From the NCBI GenBank assembly GCA_964016885.1, contig OZ024765.1:9362001-9426000 (forward strand): a stretch of 64,000 nucleotides of DNA, written 5' to 3'. The stretch is from Eledone cirrhosa (Eukaryota). Numbering within the stretch: position 1 is the stretch's first letter; each line of letters begins with the position of its first letter. Positions 26,940 to 40,980 of this stretch are shown here, in pieces. Both the position numbers and the translations under genes were made by a program. The notes below the pieces were generated by a model. It had not been told where the DNA came from and made no database searches. It was given only the letters and a program-made list of their open reading frames with translations.

Positions 26940-27547
26940 GCCGAGGTCAACTTTGTCTTTCATCCTTACGGGGTCGATAAAATAAAGTACCAGTAATACA
27001 CTGGGGTAATAGCTGGCCTTGTGCCAAATGTAGAAACAATTATTATTATTATTATTATTATAAGGGTGGTGGATTGGCAGTATCGGTAGAGGGTCGGACG
27101 CCATGCTTTCCAGCATAGTTACGTCCCTTTACGATCTGAGTTCAAATCCCGCCGAGGTTGACTTTGCCTTTCATCCTTACGGGGGTCGATAAAATAAAGT
27201 ACAAGTAATGTACTGGGGTAATTGCTGGCCTTGTGCCTAAAGTAGAAACAATTATTATTATTATTGTTTATTACACGTTGTATATGTAAACCCCCCACTG
27301 TCCCAGTCTTTTGTATTGTCCCCTATATGTCGGCCCTTGTGGTCAATAAAGGAAATCATTGAGGATTGGCAGTATCGGTAGAAGGTCGGACGCCATGCTT
27401 TGCAGCATAGAGTTACGGCCCTTTACAGTATTAGTTCAATTCCTGCCGAGGTTGACTTTGCCTTTCATCCTTACGGGGTCGATAAAATAAAGTACCAGTA
27501 ATGCACTGGGGTGATTGCTGGCCTTGTGCCTAAATGTAGGAACAATT
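26940..27547 (+). mobile_element. Three SINE family A copies with a short LINE 3' end between them (27280-27358)
   Basis: A/B boxes, family core and (ATT)n tails. Confidence 0.85.
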
Positions 27548-28729
27548 ATTATTATTATTATCATTATTATGCACGCCGCCACACCTCACCGCGCCATGCT
27601 ATCACTCCGCATCTCAACCACACCCACTATGAATCTCTTGTTCTTCAAAACCACACACACCACACCACACCACACCACACCACACCACACCACACCACAC
27701 CACACCACACCACACCACACCACACACACCACACCACACACACCACACACACCACACCACACCACACCACACACACCACACCACACCACACACACCACAC
27801 CACACACACCACACCACACCACACCACACCACACCACACCACACCACCACCACTACTACTACTACATCATATAACAATCACACCACACCACACCAAACCA
27901 CACCACCACCACTACTACTACTACATCATATAACAATCACACCACACCACACCACACCAAACCACACCACCACCACTACTACTACATCATATAACAATCA
28001 CACCACACCACACCACCACTGCATATAACAATCAGACCACACCACACCACACCACACCACCACACCACACCACCACTATCACTCCATATCATGCATAACC
28101 ACACCACTTCATTCAAACCACACACACACCTCCTCGCACTGCAACCCCCCCCCCCCCTCCCCCACACACACACAACAACACAGCACACCCCCACCAGAGC
28201 ACACCTCACCTCTAACACACCTCACCCCACCACTAACACAACACACGTACACCACACACATACATACACCACACAACCACACAACACCATAGCAAATACA
28301 TACATACATACACACACACCACACCACACACACACACACACCACAGTTCAGCATACCAAACATACACCACCCCACATCCCACCACACAAAACATACACCA
28401 CCCCACATCACACCACACCACACAAAACATACACCACCCCACACCACACCAGAACAAACTAGACAGAACTAAAGCTAAGATAACTAACTGGACTGACTGA
28501 TGGACAAACACTGACCACTGTACTAATTATGAAGAGTGACCATCAGCCATCGTCCATAAACTCCATCAGCAGCTCTCCTTTCCCTTCCTTACAAGCAAAG
28601 AGAACTTTTGCAGGTCTCGCTAGATGGTCATTTTATCTGCTAGAAATAGCAGCAACATTTCTCTCACATCAAAACTTGATTTGAAAGTTGGAATTTGAAA
28701 ATATAGTCTCTACCACAATGTTTACAATA

Positions 28730-29300
28730 ATTGTTTCTGCGTTAGGCACAAGGCCAGCAATTACACCAGTGCATTACTGGTACTTTTATTTTATCGACCC
28801 CGTAAGGATGAAAGGCAAAGTCAACCTCGGCGGGATTTGAACTCAGATCGTAAAGGGACGTAACTCTATGCTGTAAAGCATGGCGTCAGACCCTCTACCG
28901 ATACTGCCAATCTATAATAATGTCTAAAATAATTGCTTTTACTTTTGGCACAAGGCCAGCAATTACACCAGTGCATTACTGGTACTTTTATTTTATCGAC
29001 CCCGTAAGGATGAAAAGCAAAGTCAACCTCGGCGGGATTTGAACTCAGATCGTAAAGGGACGTAACTCTATGCTGTAAAGCATGGCGTCAGACCCTCTAC
29101 CGATACTGCCAATCTATAATAATGTCTAAAATAATTGCTTTTACTTTTGGCACAAGGCCAGCAATTATCCCAGTGCATTACTGGTACTTTATTTTGTCGA
29201 CCCTCGTAAGGATGAAAGGCAAAAAGGTAACCTCGGCAGGATTTGAACTCAGAACGTAAAGGGACGTAACTCTATGCTGTAAAGCATGGCGTCCGACCCT
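28730..29300 (-). mobile_element. Three tandem SINE family A copies, 202-bp period
   Basis: GGCACAAGGCCAG at 28745, 28947 and 29149. Confidence 0.9.
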
Positions 29301-29302
29301 AA

Positions 29303-29500
29303 CTATAATTGTTTCATATCCACAAGGATATGGTCCGAACGTGGAAGAGCGGTACTCCCACTGACATCGCCTCCATCTCTCTCGCCCCCCCCATCTCTCC
29401 GTATGGTGAGCAAATGGGGTCCCACGTGCTGGCCTCCCCCAAAACCTCGGCGGACAGAATGGAGAAGGCGTTTCCCCGGAGGATGGTAAGGGAGATGCAT
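29303..29500 (-). mobile_element. 3' end of a CRE-like REL non-LTR element
   Basis: Minus frame CISLTILRGNAFSIL resembles the IS..IQRGNA..I terminal motif of CRE-like elements. Confidence 0.5.
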
Positions 29501-29504
29501 TATA

Positions 29505-29942
29505 TTGGCAGTATCGGTAGAGCGTCCGACACCATGCTTTGCAGCATAGAGTTACGGCCCTTTACGATCTGAGTTCAAATCCCGCCGAGGTTAACTTTGC
29601 CTTTCATCCTTACGGAGTCGATAAAATAAAGTACCAGTAATGCACTGGGGTAATCGCTGGCCTTCTGCCAAGAGTAGAAACTCTATTGATGTGCTGAGCG
29701 CGATGGCCGAGTGGTTAAGGCGTTGGATTTAAGTTCCAATGGACATCTGGGGGCGGTGGATTGGCAGGTATCGGTAGAGGGTCGGACGTCATGCTTTGCA
29801 GCAAAGAGTTATGGCCCTTTATGGCCTGAGTTCAAAACCCGCCGAGGTTAACTTTGCCTTTCATCCTTACGGGGTCGATAAAATAAATTACCAGTAATAC
29901 ACTGGTATAATTGCTGGTCTTGTGCCAAAAGTAGAAACAATT
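29505..29942 (+). mobile_element. Two SINE family A copies flanking a tRNA fragment
   Basis: Copies at 29505-29682 and 29749-29942. Confidence 0.85.
29697..29746 (+). pseudogene. Truncated tRNA-Leu(UAA), 5' two-thirds only
   Basis: AGCGCGA TGGCCGAGTGGTTAAGGC G TTGGA-TTTAAGT-TCCAA TGGACAT: Leu-type D arm, anticodon TAA at 29730-32 and start of the variable arm. T-arm and 3' acceptor strand are replaced by a SINE. Confidence 0.85.
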
Positions 29943-30239
29943 ATATATTATTTACAATGTGGGTCTAAGCAGGTTACTCTGGAAATAGGGTTTGGGTGCT
30001 GAGAGTATTATGTAGCCATGGGGGGAGGGGGGGCAAAACGTTTGAGAACCTCTGCCCTACATCAATGTTTTAACTTGTCTTTGTAATGTCCCCTTCATTT
30101 GATGCCCTTGTGGTAAATTTAAGAAATGATTAATACACGAAATAAATATAAAAGAAAACCTTAAACATTTGTTTAGGGTGTGTGACAACAATACCCAGCG
30201 TCTCATTGGATTTATGGCGACGAAAAATATATTATTGCT

Positions 30240-30607
30240 TTACTCACCAACAACAACAACGACACTACTACCTCCAACACCACCACCACCACCATTTTCA
30301 ACAACAACAACAACAACAACAACAACACTACCACCTTCACCACTTCTAACACCACGACCAAAACCACTACTACCACTACCACCACCAACAATATCACCAC
30401 CATCACCACCATGGCCATTAACACCACCGCCACCGCCACTACTACCCCCCACCATCCACATCACCCCACACCCGCCAGAAACAAAACAGCTGTATATTGT
30501 ACCATTCTTTACACCAAACGACACCCTCCCCCTCCACCACCCCTTGACACGTGACACTGACCTCTGTCCACTGTCCTCACTGACACCAATACGGCCATCA
30601 TTCAGTC

Positions 30608-30638
<31 letters not shown>

Positions 30639-33600
30639 TACTACCACCACCAACACTACTAGTACATCCACTAAAACCATTACCACCACCTCTACTACGA
30701 CTACTACTATTATTACTACAACTATCACCACCACTACCACCACCACCACTACTAGTACTTCCACTAAAACCACTACCACCACCAGTACTACTACTATCAC
30801 CACCACCACCACACACTACCACCGCCATCATCATCACCCACTACCACCACCACTACCACCACTACCACACACTACTACCTCTACACACTACCACCACTAC
30901 CCACTACCACCACTACCACGACCACCACACACTACCACCACTACCACGACCACCACACACTACCACCACCACCAGCACGACGACCACCACACACTATCAC
31001 CACCACCACCACTACGACCACCACACACTATCACCACTACCACGACCACCACACACTACCACCACCACCACACACTATCACCACCACCACCACTACGACC
31101 ACCACACACTATCACCACTACCACGACCACCACACACTACCACCACCACCAGCACGACGACCACCACACACTATCACCACTACCACCACCACCACCACCA
31201 CCACACACTACCACCACGACCACGACCACCACTACCCACTACCACCACCACCACCACCATCACCCACTACCAACGTCACCACCACCACACACTACCACCA
31301 CCACCAGCACGACGACCACCACACACTATCACCACCACCACACACTATCACCACTACCACCACCACCACCACCCACTACCAACGTCACCACCACCACACA
31401 CTACCACCACCACCAGCACGACGACCACCACGACCACACACTATCACCACTACCACCACCACCACCACCACACACTACCACCACGACCACAACCACCACT
31501 ACCCACTACCACCACCACTACCACCACCACCATCACCAACGCCACCACCACCACCACTACGACCACCACACACTATCACCACTACCACGACCACCACCAC
31601 CATCACCAACGCCACCACCACACACCACGAGCCCCATCACCTCAAGGTAACAAAAACAGCTGTTTTGTATACCAGTCTTAACTAACGCCCTTCCTCCCCA
31701 CCAAACCAGCCACCCCACCTCTCCCTCACACGTGACACTGACCAGTGTCCACGTTCACACCGCCATTCCGACCATAATTCAAACCAAACTGCTGCTGCTG
31801 CTTTTGTTAACCTTCTGCCACCACCACTACCACCACCATCACCACCACTACCATCATCACCACCACCATCACCAGCACCACTACTACCACCACCATTATC
31901 ATCACCACCACTACCATCACCACTACTGCAATCACCACCACAACCATTACCATCACCACCACTACCACCATCGCCACTACCACCATCACCACCACTACCA
32001 CTATCTATACCACCTTCAGCAATAACTCACCACCACCCCCATCACTACCACACAACCACCAACACTATCATCCCCACCAAAACCACACCCACTAACACAA
32101 CAAACACTAACGTCACCACCACCAGCCCCACCAACAACAACACCAACACCACAAACCCACCACCACCATCACCACCACAACCACCAACACTACCAACACC
32201 AACACCACCAACACCACCACCAACAACACCACCAACACTACCAACACTAACAACACACCAACACTACCAACACCACCACCAACACCACCACCACCAACAC
32301 CACCAACACCAACAACACCACCACCAACACCAACACCACCACCAACACTACCAACACCAACACCAACAACACCACCACCACCACCACCAACAACACCACC
32401 AACACCAACAACACCACCACCAACACCAACACCACCACCAACACTACCAACACCAACACCAACAACACCACCACCAACAACACCACCACCAACACCAACA
32501 CCACCACCAACACTACCAACACCAACACCAACACCACCACCACCACCACCACCAACAACACCAACACCACTAACACCACCACCACTACCACTACCAACAC
32601 CACTAACACCACCAACAACACCACCACCAACACCACCAACACCACCAACACCACCAACACCACCACCACCACCACCACCACCACCACCACCACCACCACC
32701 AACAACACCAACACTACCAACACCACCACCACTACCACTACCAACACCACTAACACCACCAACAACACCACCACCAACACCACCAACACCAACACTACCA
32801 ACACCACCAACACCACCACCACCACCACCACCACCACCACCACCACCACCACCAACAACACCAACACTACCAACACCACCACCACTACCACTACCAACAC
32901 CACTAACACCACCAACAACACCACCACCAACACCACCAACACCAACACTACCAACACCACCAACACCACCACCACCACCACCACCACCACCACCACCACC
33001 ACCACCAACAACACCAACACTACCAACACCACCACCACTACCACTACCAACACCACTAACACCACCAACAACACCACCACCAACACCACCAACACCAACA
33101 CTACCAACACCACCAACACCACCACCACCACCACCACCACCACCACCACCACCAACAACACCAACACTACCAACACCACCACCACTACCACTACCAACAC
33201 CACTAACACCACCAACAACACCACCACCAACACCACCAACACCAACACTACCAACACCACCAACACCACCACCACCACCACCACCACCACCACCACCACC
33301 AACAACACCAACACTACCAACACCACCACCACTACCACTACCAACACCACCACCACCACCACCACCAACACCACCAACACCAACACTACCAACACCACCA
33401 ACACCACCACCACCACCAACACCACCACCACCACCACCACCACCAACAACACCAACACTACCAACACCACCACCACTACCACTACCAACACCACCAACAC
33501 CACCACCACCACCACCACCACCAACAACACCACCACCACCACCAACAACACCAACACTACCAACACCACCAACAACACCACCACCAACACCACCAACAAC

Positions 33601-33922
33601 ACCACCACCAACACCACCAACACCAACACTACCAACACCACCAACACCACCACCACCACCAACACCACCACCACCACCACCACCACCAACAACACCAACA
33701 CTACCAACACCACCACCACTACCACTACCAACACCACCAACACCACCACCACCACCACCACCACCAACAACACCACCACCACCACCAACAACACCAACAC
33801 TACCAACACCACCAACAACACCACCACCAACACCACCAACAACAACACCACCAACACCACCACTACCAACAACACCACCAACACCACCAACACCACCACC
33901 ACCAACAACACCACCAACACCA
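30240..33922. repeat. (CAC/CAA/CTA)n trinucleotide arrays with two small related unique islands (30480-30605, 31645-31815)
   Basis: Direct. Confidence 0.92.
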
Positions 33923-34239
33923 TTTTAGACGTGAGAACTCTTTCTGACAGTACAGTGTGTTTAGCCCCTGGTCATTCCTAATCAAGATGACCTTTGATGA
34001 TCAAAGACATTCCAGCCGTGACCAGCCCAGTCTGGCTGTCGGTCAGCATGAGTATTGGTTAGTTCAGTAATTGGTCACTCAGTCTGTCTGTCTGTGTTGG
34101 TCAGTCAGAGTATCCATCAGTCTTGGTCAGTTTAGTAAGATGTTCGGTCGGTTTGCCTGACTGTCAATATATTATTGGTCAGTTTGTCTGTCTGTCTGTC
34201 TGTCTGTGAATTAGTCTGTCTGTCTGTCTATTGGTCAGT

Positions 34240-34930
34240 CTGTGTATTGGTCAATCTGTGTCTCCGTTAGTCTTTTGGCCAGTTTAGTATGTTGGTCAAT
34301 CTGTCCGTCTGTCTGTCAGTCCGTATATTGGTCAGTCTGTGCATCCATTAGTCTTTTGGCCAGTTTAGTATGTTGGTCAATCTGTCCGTCTGTCTGTCAG
34401 TCCGTATATTGGTCAGTCTGTGCATCCATTGGTCTTTTGGCCAGTTTAGTATGTTGGTCAATCTGTCCGTCTGTCTGTCAGTCCGTATATTGGTCAGTCT
34501 GTGCATCCATTAGTCTTTTGGCCAGTTTAGTATGTTGGTCAATCTGTCCGTCTGTCTGTCAGTCCGTATATTGGTCAGTCTGTGCATCCATTAGTCTTTT
34601 GGCCAGTTTAGTATGTTGGTCAATCTGTCCGTCTGTCTGTCAGTCCGTATATTGGTCAGTCTGTGCATCCATTAGTCTTTTGGCCAGTTTAGTATGTTGG
34701 TCAATCTGTCCGTCTGTCTGTCAGTCCGTATATTGGTCAGTCTGTGCATCCATTAGTCTTTTGGCCAGTTTAGTATGTTGGTCAATCTGTCAGTCCATCT
34801 GTCAGTCTAAGTAATGGTCAGTCTGTGCATCCATTAGTCTTTTGGCCAGTTTAGTATGTTGGTCAATCTGTCAGTCCATCTGTCAGTCTAAGTAATGGTC
34901 AGTTTGTGTATCCATTAGTCTTTTGGCCAG
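34240..34930. repeat. 81-bp minisatellite, about 8 copies
   Basis: 27-aa periodicity of the pseudo-ORF; GGTCAGTCTGTGCATCC at 34331 and 34412. Confidence 0.95.
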
Positions 34931-36289
34931 TTTAGTACGCTGGTCAATCTGACTGTGTATTGGTCAGTCTGTTATCTCTGTCAGTCAGTCCTTCTGTCTG
35001 CCTGTATGTGCGTTGGTTAGTCTTTTGGTCAGTTTGGTAGTCTGTCAGTGTGTCCGTCTGTCTGTCTGTTTGTCTGCCTGTCAGCCAGTATATCTGCTGG
35101 TCAGTTTAGTAGCTGGTCAGTCTGTCTGTCTATATCAGTTAGTCTCTTGGTCAGTTTCGCAGTTGAAGAGTCTCTGGCTGGCTGGCTGGTTTGTTGGTCG
35201 GTCAGTCAGTCTTTCTGTCTGTGTGTCTGTCAGTTTGTGTATTGGTCACTCTGGCTGGCTGGTTTGTTGGTTGGTCAGTCAGTCTTTCTATCTGTGTGTG
35301 TGTCAGTTTGTGCATCCATTAGTCTCTTGGTCAGCTTGTGTATTGGTCACTCTGGCTGGCTGGTTTGTTGGTTGGTCAGTCAGTCTTTCTGTCTGTGTGT
35401 CTGTCAGTTTGTGCATCCATTAGTCCCTTGGTCAGTTTGTGTATTGGTCACTCTGGCTGGCTGGTTTGTTGGTCGGTCAGTCAATCTTTCTGTCTGTGTG
35501 TGTCAGTTTGTGCATCCATTAGTCTCTTGGTCAGTTTGTGTATTGGTCACTCTGGTTGGCTGGTTTGATGGTTGGTGTGTCAGTCTGCATGCCTGCTGAC
35601 CATCTGTGAGTCTGTCTGTCAGTCTGTCTGTGAACTGTGAACTGGTCAGTTCTCATACCGGTCAGTCACTAGTTTAGTCTCCTGGTCACTCTGTCCAGCT
35701 ACTTTGTCTGTGTGTCTGTTGGTCAGTGAGGTAGAGATGGTGGTGCTGGTAGTAGTGGTGGTTGTGCTGCTGGTGGTAGTGGTGGTGCTTGTGGTAGTGG
35801 TGGTTGTGGTGCTGGTGGTAGTGGTGCTTGTGGTAGTGGTGCTTGTGGTAGTGGTGGTAGTGGTGCTTGTGGTAGTGGTGGTTGTGGTGCTGGTGGTAGT
35901 AGTGCTGGTGGTAGTGGTGCTTGTGGTAGTGGTGGTTGTGGTGCTGGTGGTAGTGGTGCTGGTGGTAGTGGTGGTTGTGGTGCTGGTGGTAGTGGTGCTT
36001 GTGGTAGTGGTGGTAGTGGTGGTTGTGGTGCTGGTGGTAGTGGTGCTGGTGGTAGTGGTGCTTGTGGTAGTGGTGGTTGTGGTGCTGGTGGTAGTGGTGG
36101 TAGTGGTGCTGGTGGTAGTGGTGCTTGTGGTAGTGGTGCTTGTGGTGCTGGTGCTTGTGGTGCTGGTGGTAGTAGTGGAAGTTGTGGTTGTGATGATGGT
36201 AGTTGTGGTAGTGGTGGTGGTGGTGGTAGTGGTGGTTGTGGTTGTGATGGTGGTGGCGGTCGTATCGATGGCTGCGGTGGTGATAGATA

Positions 36290-36980
36290 GATAGATATGT
36301 TTCTTTATTAGCCACAGGGGCACAAAAGAAGGGGACAAATACAAAGGGGGAAGTTTACATACAATAAAAACGTGTAAAATACTATCACAAATGCAATTTA
36401 AAAATTAATCGATATTCCCCAATAGGGGGAGACATTACATATGGGTAACACATACCCCCGATAAAATGTGCAACCCTCATCTCCAGGAGTACGAAGAGTG
36501 TGTATCCCTTTCCTCTGATAGATAGATAGATATATTTCTTTATTAGCCACAGGGGCACAAAAGAAGGGGACAAATACAAAGGGGGAAGTTTACATACAAT
36601 AAAAACGTGTAAAATGTTATCACAGATGGAATTTAAAAAGTTAGTCGATTTTCCCCAAGAGGGGGAGACAGTTTATATGGATAACACATACCCCCGAAAA
36701 AAAATGTGCAACCCTCATCTCCAGGAGTACGAAGAGTTTGTACTCCCTTCCTCTCCTCCTCCTTTTCCTCAACCTACAGGCTGATATAGAGAGAAGGCCC
36801 ATTCACTCGGGCCATTCTCGCCACTTTCACCCACCTTTCATAAAACTTGCTGGGGTACAGCACCTCTCTCTCCATCCTGGGGTACAGCACCTCTCTCTCC
36901 ATCCTGACTCTTCTTCCAAAGTGGTATTTGAAAAAAAGAATCAGTTGTTGGCCGGAGAGAACGGTGTCTGACCTCAGCCC
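36290..36980 (-). mobile_element. Two tandem 3' ends of a Tx1-like LINE within (GATA)n
   Basis: Duplicated 3' UTR ending GCTAATAAAGAAA followed by (TATC)n; degenerate ORF end ..[19 protein letters not shown].. Confidence 0.7.
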
Positions 36981-37073
36981 TATAGATAGATAGATAGAGA
37001 GGTAGATAGATAGATATATGGAGAGAGTGGTAGATACATAGATAGATATATAGATGGATAGATAGATAGATAC

Positions 37074-37138
<65 letters not shown>

Positions 37139-38376
37139 TCTCGATAGATAGATAGATATCGAGGTAGATAAATACAAAAACATAAAGAGAGAGAGAGAGG
37201 GGTGAGTTAATGACAGAGAGAGAGAGTGAGAATTACAAGAGAGTAGGAGGGTTGTACTGTAAGAGAGACATGAGAAGGAGGGGGGGTATTATATAAGGCG
37301 ATACTAAATGTCTGTTAGTACTTTGGTAGGTGCTAGTAACACTGTTTTAGTTGCAGTCAGTCACTATCTCGGCCTGTCAGTCTGTATATTGGTCAGTTAG
37401 TTTGTCAGTATGTCCGTCTGACTGACAAGCTGTGTTGGTCACTTTGGTTGGTTGGTTTGATGGTTGGTCAGTCAATCTCCTTGCCTGCTGTCCGTTAATC
37501 TGTTGGTCAGTTTGTCTGTCAGTCAGTCTGTCCGTTAGTCTGTTGGTCAGTTTGTCAGTTTGTCAGTCAGTCAGTCAGTCTGTCTGTCTGTCCGTTTGTG
37601 TGTTGGTCAGTCAGTCAGCCTGGTTTATTGGTTCGTGTATTGATCTGTATTTTTGGTCAGATTGTGCAGTTGGTTTGCTGGTCAGTTTGTCGGCCAGTCA
37701 GTCTGTCTGTGCATTGGTCAGTTTGTCTGTCAGTCAGTCTGTCTGTGCATTGGTCAGTTTGTCTGTCAGTCAGTCTGTCTGTACATTGGTCAGTTATCTT
37801 GGTCACTTCATGTTGTTGACTGGTCAGTCAGCCACTGGTTTAGTCTCTTGGTGTATTTACTTGGTCACTCTGACCAGCTATTATGTCTGTGTGTCTGTTG
37901 GTCAGCGAGGTAGAGGTGGTAGTAGTGGTGGTAGTGGTGGTGGTGGTAGTGGTGGTAGTGGTGGTGGTAGTGGTGGTGGTAGTGGTAGTGGTGGTAGTGG
38001 TGGTGATAGTGGTGGTGGTAGTGGTGGTAGTGGTGCTGGTAGTGGTGGTAGTAGTTGTGGTTGTGGTGGTGGTAGTAGTGGTGGTGGTAGTGGTGGTAGT
38101 AGTGGTGGTAGTGGTGGTGGTAGTGGTGGTGGTGGTGGTGGTAGTGGTGGTAGTGGTGGTGGTAGTGGTGGTGGTACTGGTGGTGGTAGTGGTGGTAGTG
38201 GTAGTGGTGGTAGTGGTGGTGGTAGTGGTGGTGGTGGTGGTAGTGGTGGTGGTAGTGGTGGTAGTAGTTGTGGTTGTGGTAGTTCTGGTTGTGATGATGG
38301 AGGTTGCGGTTATGATGATGGTTGTAAATGTCGGCGGTGGAAGATAGATACAGCGCTATATATATATATATATATA

Positions 38377-38958
<582 letters not shown>

Positions 38959-39036
38959 GAACAGAAATAACAACACAATCGGTACAGTATATGGAAAGTA
39001 TATATTAGGTTAACGCTTGAAATAGCAAGAAGAGGG

Positions 39037-39072
39037 TCTTAACGTTTCGGACGCTAGTCCTTCATCAGAAGA
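39037..39072 (-). ncRNA. Minimal type I hammerhead ribozyme in a Penelope-like end (38950-39090)
   Basis: Minus strand: TCTT-CTGATGA-A-GGAC(TAGC)GTCC-GAAA-CG-T-T-AAGA. Confidence 0.8.
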
Positions 39073-39311
39073 AAGAATGAGAAATAAAATAGATTAAGGG
39101 GACGGGTGGGATGGAATTGGAAAAAAAATATATGTATACATGTGTGTGTGTGTGGGGGGGGGGGTGTTTATCCCGAGTTCAATCGGGGGTAACCACAGTA
39201 AGTAAGGTACTCAATACATAGCAGAGTATAAATATTTAATATAGAAATGGCTTCTACAGAACTAGAACTGTTTCATTCATAGGAAATCACCAGGAAAGAT
39301 ATACATATATA

Positions 39312-39565
39312 TATCTTCTTCTTAGCTGGTTTCAACCCTAACAGCAGCGACAAAGTCCTTCCGCCTCGTGTCTTGGTCCAACATTTTCACCTTGAGGTCC
39401 TGGACACAGGCCAAGCCAGTGTCTTTGATCAGGTTGTCAATGAAGGTGTATCTGCGTTTTCCTCTCCTTACAACTCCATGAAATGGGTTCGAAAGGACTA
39501 ACTTGGATGTTTCTAGTTAAGGATGTCGCACACAATGACCAGATATGCGGAGCTGTCTTTCCGCT
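39312..39565 (-). mobile_element. RTE-like LINE 3' fragment
   Basis: Minus translation RQLRISGHCVRH..RRGKRRYTFIDNLIKDTG..; short (AAG)n tail. Confidence 0.65.
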
Positions 39566-39639
39566 GGTCAGTCTGTCAGCCAGCCATGCTGTGTATCGTT
39601 CTGTCCGTCCACCTTTGTCGACCTGCCTGTCTATCTGTG

Positions 39640-40980
39640 TACTGGTCAGTCCGTCTGAGTATTGGTCAGTCTGTCTGTGTATTGGTCAGTCTGTCTGTGT
39701 ACTGGTCAGTCTGTCTGTGAACTGGTCAGTGTGTCTATGTATTGATCAGTCTGTCTGTGTATTGGTGAGTCAGTCTATCTGTCTGTGTACTGGTCGGTCT
39801 GTCTGTGTACTGGTCGGTCTGTCTGTGTATTGGTCAGTCTGTCTGTGTATTGGTGAGTCAGTCTATCTGTCTGTGTACTGGTCGGTCTGTCTGTGTATTG
39901 GTCAGTCTGTCTGTGTATTGGTGAGTCAGTCTATCTGTCTGTGTACTGGTCGGTCTGTCTGTGTATTGATCAGTCTGTCTGTGTATTAGTGAGTCAGTCT
40001 ATCTGTCTGTGTACTGGTCGGTCTGTCTGTGTACTGGTCGGTCTGTCTGTGTATTGGTGAGTCAGTCTATCTGTCTGTGTACTGGTCGGTCTGTCTGTGT
40101 ATTGGTCAGTCTGTCTGAGTTTGTGTATTAGTCAGTCTGTCTGTGTACTGGTTAGTATGTCTGTGTACTGATTAGTTTGTCTGTGTATTGGTCAGTCTGT
40201 CTGTGTATTGGTGAGTCAGTCTATCTGTCTGTGAACTGGTCAGTGTGTCTATGTATTGATCAGTCTGTCTGTGTATTGGTGAGTCAGTCTATATGTCTGT
40301 GTACTGGTCGGTCTGTCTGTGTACTGGTCGGTCTGTCTGTGTATTGGTCAGTCTGTCTGTGTATTGGTGAGTCAGTCTATCTGTCTGTGTACTGGTCGGT
40401 CTGTCTGTGTATTGGTCAGTCTGTCTGTGTATTGGTGAGTCAGTCTATCTGTCTGTGTACTGGTCGGTCTGTCTGTGTACTGGTCGGTCTGTCTGTGTAT
40501 TGGTCAGTCTGTCTGTGTATTGATGAGTCAGTCTATCTGTCTGTGTACTGGTCGGTCTGTCTGTGTATTGGTCAGTCTGTCTGAGTTTGTGTATTAGTCA
40601 GTCTGTCTGTGTACTGGTTAGTATGTCTGTGTACTGATTAGTTTGTCTGTGTATTGGTCAGTCTGTCTGTGTACTGGTCAGTCTATCTGTGAACTGGTCA
40701 GTCTGTCTATGTATTGATCAGTCTGTCTGTGTATTGGTGAGTCAGTCTATCTGTCTGTGTACTGGTCGGTCTGTGTGTATTGGTCAGTCTGTCTGAGTTT
40801 GTGTATTAGTCAGTCTGTCTGTGTACTGGTTAGTATGTCTGTGTACTGATTAGTTTGTCTGTGTATTGGTCAGTCTGTCTGTGTACTGGTCAGTCTGTCT
40901 GTGTATTGGTCAGTCTGTCTGTGTATTGGTCAGTCTGTCTGTGAGTCTGTACTGGTCAGTCCGTCTGTGTCTGTGTACTG
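39640..40980. repeat. ~20-24-bp minisatellite TGGTCAGTCTGTCTGTGTA(T/C) with higher-order blocks
   Basis: Direct. Confidence 0.92.

Noticed and set aside
27063-27252. SINE heads as tRNA genes
   Set aside because: A/B boxes present but no cloverleaf; multi-copy with simple-repeat tails
30169-33923. Thr/His/Pro-rich and poly-Val ORFs
   Set aside because: Trinucleotide arrays
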